This document shows positions 40,795 to 50,315 of a stretch of DNA of 64,000 bases, piece after piece. Where the stretch lies: NCBI GenBank assembly GCA_964252075.1, contig CAXULY010000002.1, positions 1-64,000 on the forward strand, in the 5' to 3' direction. The DNA is from an uncultured Deinococcaceae bacterium. Its GTDB lineage: Bacteria > Deinococcota > Deinococci > Deinococcales > Deinococcaceae. Within the stretch, counting starts at the first letter, position 1. Each line of letters begins with the position of its first letter. The notes below the pieces were generated by a model, which saw nothing but the letters and a program-made list of their open reading frames with translations, made no database searches and was not told the origin of the DNA. A program made the translations under genes and the position numbers.

Positions 40795-40842
40795 AATATT
40801 ACCCAGGTTAAACTATGGTGTCAATACCACCCGGGTAATATT
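40795..40842 (-). promoter_or_regulatory. putative promoter of the MFS gene, bracketed by a 10-bp inverted repeat
   Basis: Minus strand TTGACA-17 nt-TAATAT; arms AATATTACCC (40795-40804) and GGGTAATATT (40833-40842). Confidence 0.6.
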
Positions 40843-41133
40843 GGGCAACGACCTCACTACATGGAAGGTCTACTCTGCCTCTCGGCGCTCCGGCTTTGAG
40901 AAAACCGCAAGGTGCGCTCTAGGCTGTTCTGCTTAAAAGCTGAATAAATCAGGGTGAGCAGTGAAATTCAATAACAGCAAGGCCTAAGGGAAACATTGCG
41001 TCTCCTAAAATTATTGATCATAGATAGTATGGTAGTTCAGTTTCACATCAAAGATAAAAAAGCTATTACAGACAACGTTACTTATAAGTAAGAACGGACT
41101 ACCTTACCGTTTGCATAACACGCAACTGCGGGC

Positions 41134-42120
41134 TTACCACTCGTCCAGTTCGCGCTTCAGGGCTTCGTCCGCCCACTTGCCATAAATTTCCGCCGTCGCC
41201 ACGGACGCGTGACCGAGGTGCCTCGCCACGTCCTGCAACGTGCGTCCCGCACGCACCAGCCGCGTCCCGGCGGTGTGCCTCAAGGGATGCAGGGCCAGGT
41301 ACGGAACGCCCGCCTCCAGGCACGCACGCCTGAGCCGCAAGCGCGCGGCCTCCGGGGACCCGCCGATCACCCATTCCCCCACCGCACTTGCCCGCAAGGC
41401 CTCAAGCGCTTCCTTGAGGGAACGCGAGAGGTTCACGCGGCGCACCTTGCCGCCCTTGCCGGTCACGTGCGCCGTGCCGCTCACGAGGTTGATGTCCTGC
41501 CACCGCAACCGCACGATTTCCGTCGCGCGAAGTCCCGCGTGCGCGCCCAGCAGCACGAGCGCGTGGTGCCGCGCGTCGCCCACCGCGAGGAGGGCCTCCA
41601 CCGCATCCTGCGGGTACGGTTGCCGCTTGTCCCACTTCGCGGTGCGGTCTGGTGCGGGCTTCACGTCCAAGAACGGGTCCGCGGTGGTGGCGCCGGCCCA
41701 GCGCAGCGCGCGGTATAGGGTGCGCGCGCCGGCAAGGTACGCCACGACCGACGCGTGTGCGAGCGGCGCGCCGCCTGTGGAAGCGGGCGTTCCCTTCGAG
41801 GTGCGCCGCTCGAGGCGCAGGGTGCCGGCTTCCAGTTCGCGCGTGAACAGCGTGCCATGGTCCGCGCTGGGGTGCAGGACGCTGATCGCCTGCCGCCCTG
41901 CGTACTGCAGCCACAGCCGCACCCCGTTCCGGTAGGTGCGCAGGGTGTGTCGGCTCCCAGTACCGCCACCGTGCAGCGTGTGGTGCGCCTCGGTCAGGGA
42001 CCACAGGTCATCCAGATGATGGTCACGAGCGGCACGCATCGCCTCGCGCCGTCGGGTGTCAGGGTCCATCCACAGCCGGGCGCGGCTGAGGCGGTCCTCG
42101 CGGTACACGTCGAGCGTCAT
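41134..42120 (-). CDS. tyrosine recombinase/integrase
   Basis: Complete catalytic set: AGLRATE, GKGGK, HPLRH, LGH, EIY; ATG overlaps the PIN gene stop (ATGA). Confidence 0.93.
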   Translation of the reverse strand: MTLDVYREDRLSRARLWMDPDTRRREAMRAARDHHLDDLWSLTEAHHTLHGGGTGSRHTLRTYRNGVRLWLQYAGRQAISVLHPSADHGTLFTRELEAGTLRLERRTSKGTPASTGGAPLAHASVVAYLAGARTLYRALRWAGATTADPFLDVKPAPDRTAKWDKRQPYPQDAVEALLAVGDARHHALVLLGAHAGLRATEIVRLRWQDINLVSGTAHVTGKGGKVRRVNLSRSLKEALEALRASAVGEWVIGGSPEAARLRLRRACLEAGVPYLALHPLRHTAGTRLVRAGRTLQDVARHLGHASVATAEIYGKWADEALKRELDEW

Positions 42121-42506
42121 GCTTCCGGCGGGCGCGTCCACTCCAGTGTCACGCCGAGTGGGGGGAGGGTCAGCCACGCGTTGTCCGCGATCAGGATGGG
42201 GTGGCCGAGGCGCCGGGCGAGCGCCAGGCAGGCGCAGTCGCCAAAGCTCAGGTCCGGCACCAGGGCGTGCACCTGCGCGACCGCCACGGCATCCTCTTTG
42301 GTAAAGGACTCGATGGATAGGCCCTCAATCAGCAGGTCACGCACCACTGCTTCTGGCGCCCCGCCCCGCCCACCGAGCAGGCTGACCACCTCCGCGACGT
42401 TCACCGCGCTGATGTGCGCCGAGTGTTGAAGTGCGGTGTCCACGGCAGAGGCGCCCGCCTCCTGACGCAGCCAGGTGATCAGGGCGCTGGTGTGAAGGAC
42501 GCTCAC
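42117..42506 (-). CDS. vapC: PIN-domain (VapC-like) toxin with first catalytic Asp replaced by His
   Basis: VLHTSAL, SAVNVAEV, LSFGDCACLALA, ADNAW. Confidence 0.85.
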   Translation of the reverse strand: MSVLHTSALITWLRQEAGASAVDTALQHSAHISAVNVAEVVSLLGGRGGAPEAVVRDLLIEGLSIESFTKEDAVAVAQVHALVPDLSFGDCACLALARRLGHPILIADNAWLTLPPLGVTLEWTRPPEA

Positions 42507-42760
42507 CGCTCTCCGGGGGTTTGTGTGTGTGCCTCATCAGGCATCTCGTCACTATCAATGTCCTCATCGGTCAACTGCGCGCCCAGAGAGAACAGTCTGT
42601 TCCTGGCGGCGCCTTTAGGTTCCAGAATCAAGCGTTCGTCTTCCAGGTAGGCGATAAACGTGCCACCTAGAGGCGATTTCAGGTGTTCACGGATGGGTAG
42701 GGGCACCACCACGCGCCCCTGGGCATTCATGCGCACTTCAAAGGAGCTGCTTTCGATCAC
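42503..42760 (-). CDS. AbrB/MazE/SpoVT family antitoxin
   Basis: VRMNAQGRVVVPLPIREHL...LILEP with acidic tail; TACACT 6 nt before GTG; stop overlaps the PIN gene start. Confidence 0.85.
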   Translation of the reverse strand: MIESSSFEVRMNAQGRVVVPLPIREHLKSPLGGTFIAYLEDERLILEPKGAARNRLFSLGAQLTDEDIDSDEMPDEAHTQTPGER

Positions 42761-42817
42761 AGTGACAGTGTAGTTGAAACGGTGTCACACGGTAGAGCCC
42801 GATACGCGGGCAACTGG

Positions 42818-42851
42818 TCCCTTTTTGATAAGAGTGGTTATCAAAAAGGGA
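42818..42851. repeat. 34-bp loxP-like inverted repeat, putative recombination site
   Basis: TCCCTTTTTGATA-AGAGTGGT-TATCAAAAAGGGA (13-8-13, extendable to 14-6-14). Confidence 0.75.
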
Positions 42852-42992
42852 TAGAACCAAACGCCTACTTGATGGGTTGATGAGTTTGCCAACTGGCCGT
42901 GGATAAGTCTCAGTACGATGCCGAAAGATTGCAAAAAATATATACAATATAACGACTTCCCGGTCGTGTCCCCGAATGTCAACATCTCAACA

Positions 42993-43042
42993 GGCGTGCC
43001 GTGGAGGAAGGGAATTACAAACTGCTTCCTCCACGGCATGCC
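42993..43042. other. 18-bp stem-loop (terminator or small RNA)
   Basis: GGCGTGCCGTGGAGGAAG-N14-CTTCCTCCACGGCATGCC, one non-Watson-Crick position, T-tracts follow on the plus strand. Confidence 0.55.
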
Positions 43043-43124
43043 CGTAGCCCTCTTTTTTACACGTTTTTTCGGAAGCACAGCATAGATGTGTGGCTTGCCC
43101 GTCCCTGCAATTCCCTGACGACCG

Positions 43125-44072
43125 TCACTGAACTTTCTGCAGGATGAGGCGTGTCAGGTCATTGCTGTTGCGAATGCTGACCAGTGGCCCGGAGTACGGG
43201 CTGAAGGCCTCAGGCACATACAGCACGCTTTGGGCCTTCAGGCGCTGCCCAGCTGGCGTGTTGAGGAACGCGTCCGCCCCATTGTACTTCCCGCCGGGCG
43301 GGAACAGCACTACGAGCGTCTTCTTGTCGAGCCCCAGGAGGGCTTCCGTGCTGATTTCCGCACCCACGCCGAGCGTCGTCCCGCTGACCTTGAGGCCGTC
43401 CTTGAAGCCCAGGGTGCGCAGGTCGGGGATCAGGCGCACGTTCGTGTAGATCCAGGTGCTGCCTCCCGCGAAGGGCGCAAGGACCACCACCTTGTCGTAT
43501 TTCTTGAACACCCCGGCGCTCAGTAACCGTCGGGCGTTCATGCGGTTGGTGTCCGCCACCTGTTTGATGACGCGTTCCGCCTGCTCCTGACGCCCGAAGA
43601 GGCGTGCAAGGTCACGCAGGCCCTTCTGCCAGTAGCCCGTTCCACCCTCCTGGTACCCGATGGTGGGCGCGATGCGGCTGAGTTTGTCGTAGTTCTGATT
43701 GCCCTGCCATGTGAGGCGCACGATGAGGTCCGGCTTGAGGGCCGTGATGGTTTCGAGGTTCGGAGCCTGCCAGTCTCCGACGAAGGCGGGGTTGTTGAGG
43801 GGGGTGCGGCCGTAGAATCCTGTCTTCAGCACTTCAGGTTTGATGCGGCCGCCGCTAAGGTCGGTCGGGCTGAAGTACGTGCTGGCGAGGCCGACAATGC
43901 GGTCGCTGACGCCCAGCGCCGCAAGCCACCCGAGGGCCTCTTCGTCCATGACCACGATGCGTGCCGGGTTTTTCTTGACTTGTGTGGTGCCTTCGTCGTG
44001 CTTGATGGTGAGGGTCTGGGCCGTGGCGAAGCTGGCGGTAAGGCTAACGAGGAGGAAGGTTGTAAAACGCAT
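43125..44072 (-). CDS. iron-siderophore-type ABC substrate-binding protein
   Basis: Signal peptide, [40 protein letters not shown]. Confidence 0.88.
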   Translation of the reverse strand: MRFTTFLLVSLTASFATAQTLTIKHDEGTTQVKKNPARIVVMDEEALGWLAALGVSDRIVGLASTYFSPTDLSGGRIKPEVLKTGFYGRTPLNNPAFVGDWQAPNLETITALKPDLIVRLTWQGNQNYDKLSRIAPTIGYQEGGTGYWQKGLRDLARLFGRQEQAERVIKQVADTNRMNARRLLSAGVFKKYDKVVVLAPFAGGSTWIYTNVRLIPDLRTLGFKDGLKVSGTTLGVGAEISTEALLGLDKKTLVVLFPPGGKYNGADAFLNTPAGQRLKAQSVLYVPEAFSPYSGPLVSIRNSNDLTRLILQKVQ

Positions 44073-44702
44073 GCTTTATATCTTGATTAATCCGAGCAAT
44101 TTAGTCAATATTGCAGTAAAGCTGCGATTGGAGGAGCCTAAGCCGCCAGATGCCACAGGCCGTGGCGCACTAATGGCATGGCTGGTCGAATATATACTGA
44201 TACGCCCCGGCCTGTCGGCGTGTTGGTCCTGTCGCGAGATAATGTCTGGAAACGTTTGGCGTACATTCGGCATCATGTTCAAATAGGTTAATTAGACTAG
44301 AGGATAGCTTCTTGTCCATTCAATTTAATGGGTCAAAATAAATTTGATCTATCCGACGCTGTCAATCTTTAATGTACATCAGAGGCAGAACATATTGGCC
44401 ATCTTGGACGCGACCAACTTTCATGCACGGTGCTTATGCCAAGGCAAAGTTACGCTTCTGGTAAGGCATGACATCCCATATTGGTTACATGGTAAAAGGT
44501 TACGTCCCTCGTGGTTGGTCCGCTTCGTGTATATATTCTTCTCTTTGCGCCCCCGCACCGTCAGGGCCTCCTTTCAAGCGCCACACCAGCATCTCGGGCA
44601 ATCCACGCAAAGGCGCACTGCACTCCGACTGCACAAGAGGATGGCCGAACATGTGGTGCGAAAGGTGTTCAACGTGGCACAACAGGTGATATGAGGTAAC
44701 GC

Positions 44703-45455
44703 ATGCGTCTCAGTGATGACCTCGCCGACCTCCCGCTGTACGGCCAGAATCGCAGTCAGGGTCCTTACCATGTGGCCCTCCTGTTCGACCCCAACGCCGG
44801 ACCCGTCCTGGTGGACACTGGCCTACCGGACATGCTCCTGACCATTCAGGACGCCATTCAGGCGGAAGGCGCGCGCCTCATGGATGTCCGCACGGTGCTG
44901 ATCACCCACCACGACCTTGACCACATCGGCTCCCTCCCTGAGCTGGTCGAGGCGACGGGCGCGCAGGTGCTGGCCGCACCGGACGAAGTGCCGTTCATTC
45001 AGGATGGCCGGCCACCCCAGAAGCTCCCCACGCCGGAAGCACAGGAAGCGCTCCTGCAGGCGGCGCCTGAAGCGCAGCGGGACGCGATGCGCGCGCAGTT
45101 CGCGCGCATGTCGCAGGGCCGCCCGTCCGTCGCCGTGACGCGCGCCCTCGTGGACAACGAGGTGCTGGACCTCGCGGGCGGCGTGCGGGTGGTGTTCACG
45201 CCCGGCCATACGGTGGGTCACACGAGTTTCTACCTGGAGCGCAGCGGCATCCTGATCGCCGGGGACGCCCTCACCGCGCAGGACGGCCAGCTGCACGGGC
45301 CGAGCGAGCGCTTCACCGCGGATCTGGCGACCGCCCACGCGTCCGTCCGGAAGCTCGCGGCGCTCCGACCGCAGGGCGTTCTGTGCTACCACGGCGGCTT
45401 TGTGATGGGTAATGCCGCCGAGCAACTGGAGCGTCTGGCCGCGACCCTCAGCTGA
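44703..45455 (+). CDS. metallo-beta-lactamase fold hydrolase
   Basis: LVDTG, THHDLDHIG, TPGHTVGH, AGDA, CYHGG; GAGG RBS. Confidence 0.9.
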   Translation: MRLSDDLADLPLYGQNRSQGPYHVALLFDPNAGPVLVDTGLPDMLLTIQDAIQAEGARLMDVRTVLITHHDLDHIGSLPELVEATGAQVLAAPDEVPFIQDGRPPQKLPTPEAQEALLQAAPEAQRDAMRAQFARMSQGRPSVAVTRALVDNEVLDLAGGVRVVFTPGHTVGHTSFYLERSGILIAGDALTAQDGQLHGPSERFTADLATAHASVRKLAALRPQGVLCYHGGFVMGNAAEQLERLAATLS

Positions 45456-45657
45456 GGGTCGCGGTGGGCCCGCCGCGCGCGAGCTGGGCGGCATTGCTGA
45501 ACGCATAGTGCTGCTCTGCTTCATGCCTGTAGTTATGTCTGCAAGCCATCAAAGACCTCACCGCTCTAAGAGCTCATGATCCACACGCAGCTCAGGGGGC
45601 GGCGGTTTAAGGTGCGGTCACACCCGCACCCCAACCCCGTTGCTGCAGGAGGACCTC

Positions 45658-47550
45658 ATGGCGCCGCTCCGTCCCCTCCGTACCGTCTCCCCCGCGCTCG
45701 CCCTCGGCCTGCTCACGCTCCTCGCGGCCTGCGGCCAGGGACCGCGCGCAGCCACCTCAGCCCCAGGCGCCGACCCATACCTGGACGGTGCCGATCATCA
45801 CTGGACGGACACCGCGCCCCTCGCCGCGCAGGGCATCGTGAGCGGCAGCAACGAGGTCTCCGCGCTCAGCTGGACAGCCGCCACGAACGGCTGGGGTCCC
45901 GTGGAGCGCAACCGCAGCAACGGTGAGACGGGCGCGGCGGACGGCCACACCCTCACCCTGGCGGGCCGCACGTACAGCAGCGGCCTGGGCGTGCACGCGA
46001 ACTCCAGCGTCACCTACGCCCTGAACGGGCAGTGCAGCGCCCTCACCGCCGACGTCGGCCTCGACGACGAGATCGACCACCAGAGCAAGGGCTCGGTGGT
46101 GTTCCAGGTGTTCGCGGACGGCGTGAAACGCTACGACTCCGGCCGCATGACGGGCAGCAGCGCCACGAAGGGCATCAACGTGGGCGTCACGGGCGCTCGG
46201 GAACTGCGCCTCGTCGTGACGGACGCGGGGGACGGCCTGAGTTACGACCATGCGGATTGGGCGAACGCGAAACTCAGCTGCAGCGTCCCGCCCGCCGGTC
46301 CGGTCGGCGCGAGCGTGAACGTCACGGTCGCGGTGCCCGCCAGCATGCGCGCCGCGCCCTTCGACGTGACGCGCACGCTGAAGGTCCCGCCCGGCTTCAA
46401 AGTGTCCGTGTACGCCCGCATCAACCAGGCGCGCTTCCTGCTGCCGCTCCCGAACGGGGACCTGCTGGTGTCGCAGCCCAGCAGTGGGAAGGTGCTGCTC
46501 GTCCGCCCGAACGCGGCGGGCGAGGGCGTCGTCACAGACTTCGCCACGAACCTCCGGAGCCCGCATGACCTCGTGCTGGACACGCAGGGCAGCAGCACCT
46601 ACCTGTACGTCGCGGAAAGCCAGCGCGTGACGCGCTCCGTATACGTCACGGGCGACACTGCGCGCCGCGCCGCGCAGACGGTCGTAGGGAACCTGCCGGA
46701 CGCCAGCACCCCGGAACTGAAGGGCGCGTACGCGCACGCCCTGAAGAACATCGCGCTGGACGACAACCACCGCCTGTACGTGTCGGTTGCGTCCGCCACG
46801 AACAGCGACCCCAGCGACGTGACGGGCAGCTTCCGCCGCGCCGCCATCTACGCCTACAACGCGGACGGCACGGGCGGGCGGCTGTTCGCGCAGGGCCTGC
46901 GCAACGCCGAGGGCCTCGCGGTGCTGCCGGGCAGCAACACCCTGTGGGTGGCCGTGAACAACCGCGACAACATCGCCTACCCCTATCACAACGACTGGCA
47001 GGGTGACGGCAGCGGCGACGACTACGGCAAGGTCATCCAGTCGTACGTGGACAACCACCCGCCCGAGGAGTTCACGAGCGTCCGCGACGGCGGGAATTAC
47101 GGCTGGCCGTTCTGCAACCCCAACCCGGACGCTGGCGTGGACAGCATGCCGTTTGACCGAGACGTGCAGAACAACGCGGACGGCAGCCGCCTGAACTGCG
47201 GCGGCGCGGACCGCATCACGAAAGGCATTCAGGCGCACTCCGCGCCGCTCGGCCTGAGCTTCCTGCAGAACTCCAGGGTGCCCGCCGCGTACCGCAACGG
47301 CGCCGTGATCAGCCTGCACGGCTGCTGGAACTGCTCGAAGCTGGTGGGGAACAAGGTCATTTACTTCCCGTGGACGGCGCAGGGCGCGCCGGGCGCGGAA
47401 CTGGACCTCGTGAGCGGCTGGGTGACGGACGCCACGAACAAGGTCCGCTGGGGTCGCCCGGTGGACGTGGTGCCGGACGCCGCGGGGAACCTGCTGATCT
47501 CCGACGATTACGCGAACGCCGTCTACAGGCTCAGCCCCACCACGCCCTGA
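45658..47550 (+). CDS. lipoprotein: NPCBM/NEW2 domain + glucose/sorbosone (PQQ-type) dehydrogenase beta-propeller
   Basis: Lipobox LAAC; NPCBM motifs; VPPGFKVSVYA, GLRNAEGL, GGNYGWP, AHSAPLGL, GRPVDV; AGGAGG RBS. Confidence 0.88.
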   Translation: MAPLRPLRTVSPALALGLLTLLAACGQGPRAATSAPGADPYLDGADHHWTDTAPLAAQGIVSGSNEVSALSWTAATNGWGPVERNRSNGETGAADGHTLTLAGRTYSSGLGVHANSSVTYALNGQCSALTADVGLDDEIDHQSKGSVVFQVFADGVKRYDSGRMTGSSATKGINVGVTGARELRLVVTDAGDGLSYDHADWANAKLSCSVPPAGPVGASVNVTVAVPASMRAAPFDVTRTLKVPPGFKVSVYARINQARFLLPLPNGDLLVSQPSSGKVLLVRPNAAGEGVVTDFATNLRSPHDLVLDTQGSSTYLYVAESQRVTRSVYVTGDTARRAAQTVVGNLPDASTPELKGAYAHALKNIALDDNHRLYVSVASATNSDPSDVTGSFRRAAIYAYNADGTGGRLFAQGLRNAEGLAVLPGSNTLWVAVNNRDNIAYPYHNDWQGDGSGDDYGKVIQSYVDNHPPEEFTSVRDGGNYGWPFCNPNPDAGVDSMPFDRDVQNNADGSRLNCGGADRITKGIQAHSAPLGLSFLQNSRVPAAYRNGAVISLHGCWNCSKLVGNKVIYFPWTAQGAPGAELDLVSGWVTDATNKVRWGRPVDVVPDAAGNLLISDDYANAVYRLSPTTP

Positions 47551-47615
47551 GCGGCGCGCCTTGAAGCGCGCCCGCCCTGCGGCCCACAATGCCCTTGGCA
47601 CCCCCAAGGAGGCTT

Positions 47616-49019
47616 GTGGCTTACGTGCAGACCCTCGGCCCGCGAACGTACTCGTTTCCCGACCTCCGGACGCTGCTCGCGCGGGCGTCCCCACCGCGCT
47701 CCGGCGATGACCTCGCGGGCGTGTCCGCGCGCAGCGCCGAGGAGCGCGTCGCCGCGCGGTACGCCCTGGCGGACGTGCCGCTGCAGCGCTTCCTCACGGA
47801 GCCCCTCGTGCCGTACGAACGCGACGAGGTCACGCGCCTGATCCTCGACACGCACGACGCCGCCGCCTTCGCGCCCGTCGCGCACCACAGCGTCGGTTCG
47901 CTGCGCGACTGGCTGCTCGGGCCGGACGCCACCACGCCCGCCCTCACGGCGCTCGCCCCCGGCCTCACGCCGGAGATGGTCGCGGCGGTCAGTAAACTCA
48001 TGCGGCAGCAGGACCTGATCGCGGTGGCGCGCAAATGCCGGGTCGTCACGCGCTTCCGCGGCACCATCGGGCTGCCGGGGCGGCTCTCCGCGCGCCTCCA
48101 GCCGAACCACCCGACGGACGACGCGCGCGGCATCGTCGCGTCCATCATTGACGGCCTGCTGTTCGGGTGCGGCGACGCGGTGATCGGCATCAACCCCGCC
48201 ACGGACCGCCCCCAGACGGTGCGCGCCCTGCTGGAGGTGCTGGACGCGCTGCGCGCGCAACTCGGGATGCCCACGCAGGCGTGCGTGCTGGCACACATCA
48301 CCACGCAACTCCGGGCGGTGGAGGCGGGCGCGCCGCTCGACCTGATGTTCCAGAGCATCGCGGGCACCGAGGCGGCCAACGCGAGCTTCGGCGTGAACCT
48401 CGCGCTGCTGCGGGAGGCGCAGAGCGCCGCGCTGTCCCTGCGGCGCGGCGAGCTGGGCGAGCACGTCATGTACTTCGAGACGGGCCAGGGCAGCGCCCTG
48501 TCCGCGAACGCGCACCACGGCCTCGACCAGCAGACCTGCGAGGCGCGCGCCTACGCCGTCGCGCGCGCCTTCTCGCCGCTGCTCGTGAACACCGTGGTGG
48601 GGTTCATCGGGCCGGAGTACCTGTATGACGGCAAGCAGATCACCCGCGCGGGCCTGGAGGACCACTTCTGCGGGAAGCTGCTCGGCCTGCCGATGGGGTG
48701 CGACGTGTGCCACACCAACCACGCCGAGGCGGACGAGGACGACATGGACGCGCTGCTCACGCTGCTCGGCGTGGCGGGCTGCACCTTCGTGATGGGCGTG
48801 CCTGGCGCGGACGACGTGATGCTCGGGTACCAGAGCACCTCCTACCACGACGTCGCCACCGCCCGTGCGACGCTCGGCCTGCGCCCCGCGCCGGAATTCG
48901 AGGCGTGGCTGCAGGGCCTCGGCATCCTCGACGACCAGGGCGCGCTCGCCGCGCCGAACGCCCGGCACGCCCTCCTGCACTCCGCGCGGCGCGCGCTGGG
49001 CGCCCAGCATGCCGGATGA
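47616..49019 (+). CDS. eutB: ethanolamine ammonia-lyase large subunit
   Basis: [61 protein letters not shown] + GTG. Confidence 0.95.
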   Translation: MAYVQTLGPRTYSFPDLRTLLARASPPRSGDDLAGVSARSAEERVAARYALADVPLQRFLTEPLVPYERDEVTRLILDTHDAAAFAPVAHHSVGSLRDWLLGPDATTPALTALAPGLTPEMVAAVSKLMRQQDLIAVARKCRVVTRFRGTIGLPGRLSARLQPNHPTDDARGIVASIIDGLLFGCGDAVIGINPATDRPQTVRALLEVLDALRAQLGMPTQACVLAHITTQLRAVEAGAPLDLMFQSIAGTEAANASFGVNLALLREAQSAALSLRRGELGEHVMYFETGQGSALSANAHHGLDQQTCEARAYAVARAFSPLLVNTVVGFIGPEYLYDGKQITRAGLEDHFCGKLLGLPMGCDVCHTNHAEADEDDMDALLTLLGVAGCTFVMGVPGADDVMLGYQSTSYHDVATARATLGLRPAPEFEAWLQGLGILDDQGALAAPNARHALLHSARRALGAQHAG

Positions 49020-49776
49020 CCTGAGCGCCTGGGCGGCGCTGCGCGCCCTCACGCCCGCCCGCCTCGCCCTCGGGCGCAGCGGCACCAGCGTGCCCACGGC
49101 GGTGCAGCTGGACCTGCAACTCGCGCACGCCCGCGCGCGCGACGCGGTGCTGGTGCCGCTGGACCCCGAGCGGGTCGCGCGCGACCTGCGCGACCTCGGG
49201 CTGGACGCGCTGCACCTGCACAGCGCCGCGCCGGACCGCGCGACGTACCTGCGCCGCCCCGACCTGGGCCGCCAGCTGAACGACCCCAGCCGCGCGCTCC
49301 TGCAGCGCGCCGCCACGCACGCCCACGCGGACCTCGCGCTGGTCGTCGCGGACGGCCTGAGCGCCAGCGCGGTCCACACGCACGCCGCGGCGCTCCTCGC
49401 GGCGTGCCTGCCCGCGTTCCGCGCCCGCGGCTGGCGCCTCGCGCCGATCTGCGTGGTGCAGCAGGGGCGCGTGGCGCTCGGGGATGAGGTCGGGGCGCTG
49501 CTGCAGGCGCGGCAGGTGGTCGTCCTGATCGGGGAGCGGCCCGGCATGAGCGCCCCGGACAGCCTCGGCGCGTACCTCACGCACGCCCCGGCGGTCGGGC
49601 GGACCGACGCGGAACGCAACTGCATCTCCAACATTCACGCCGCGGGCCTCGGGTACGCGCAGGCGGGCGAGACGCTCGTGCGCCTGCTGGACGCCGCGCG
49701 CGCGCTCGGTCAGTCCGGCGTGGGCCTCAAGGACGAGGTCCGCACGGTCCTGCCGGGCGACGCGGAGGGCGGCTGA
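49009..49776 (+). CDS. eutC: ethanolamine ammonia-lyase small subunit
   Basis: [48 protein letters not shown]. Confidence 0.95.
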   Translation: MPDDLSAWAALRALTPARLALGRSGTSVPTAVQLDLQLAHARARDAVLVPLDPERVARDLRDLGLDALHLHSAAPDRATYLRRPDLGRQLNDPSRALLQRAATHAHADLALVVADGLSASAVHTHAAALLAACLPAFRARGWRLAPICVVQQGRVALGDEVGALLQARQVVVLIGERPGMSAPDSLGAYLTHAPAVGRTDAERNCISNIHAAGLGYAQAGETLVRLLDAARALGQSGVGLKDEVRTVLPGDAEGG

Positions 49777-49855
49777 CGGAGCGCGGAAACGCACGGGCGC
49801 TTTCATGTGGCACATGCATACTGGACCATATCCTCATGCTTGCCAAGGAGAGAAT

Positions 49856-50254
49856 GTGAAGCACCTGCTGTTCCCCATCGCCGCCCTCACCCTCACCGCC
49901 TGCTTTCCCAGCGCCACGAACGGCGCCGGAAGCACCGCCCCGGACATCTCGGGCACCTGGGCGGGCAATTTCAAGGGCGACGCGGGCACCGTACCCATCA
50001 CCATCATCCTGAACGGCGCGGACACCAGGGACGCGGTTCGGAGCGGCACCCTCCTGTTCCTGCAGGGCCAGAAGCTGGCCGTGCGCGGGGACGCCACGAC
50101 GGGCACCATCACCGGCGACGACGGCAAGGGCACCCGCGTGAACCTGCAGGGCACCTTCACCGACCGGATGTACACCGGGACGGGCGTGATCGTCATGCGG
50201 GCACCTGAGCCCGGCCGCACGAACTCCGGCACCTTCATCCTCAACCGGCAGTGA
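49856..50254 (+). CDS. hypothetical lipoprotein
   Basis: AAGGAG + GTG; lipobox LTAC; beta-rich, ISGTWAG. Confidence 0.75.
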   Translation: MKHLLFPIAALTLTACFPSATNGAGSTAPDISGTWAGNFKGDAGTVPITIILNGADTRDAVRSGTLLFLQGQKLAVRGDATTGTITGDDGKGTRVNLQGTFTDRMYTGTGVIVMRAPEPGRTNSGTFILNRQ

Positions 50255-50315
50255 GGGACGGGGCCGCAGCCGACGGCCCCACCCACCCCAGAGGCTCAGG
50301 GCGCGGGAAGCAGCG

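Noticed and set aside
40918..40940. CTAGGCTGTTCTGC as a possible IS end
   Set aside because: No matching inverted repeat or transposase seen in the window.
41134..42120. Recombinase as chromosomal XerC/D or prophage integrase
   Set aside because: No phage genes, tRNA or att repeats nearby; coupling to a TA pair fits a resolvase cassette better.
44076..44700. Several 60-116 aa ORFs in the AT-rich spacer
   Set aside because: No RBS, motifs or host-like codon bias.
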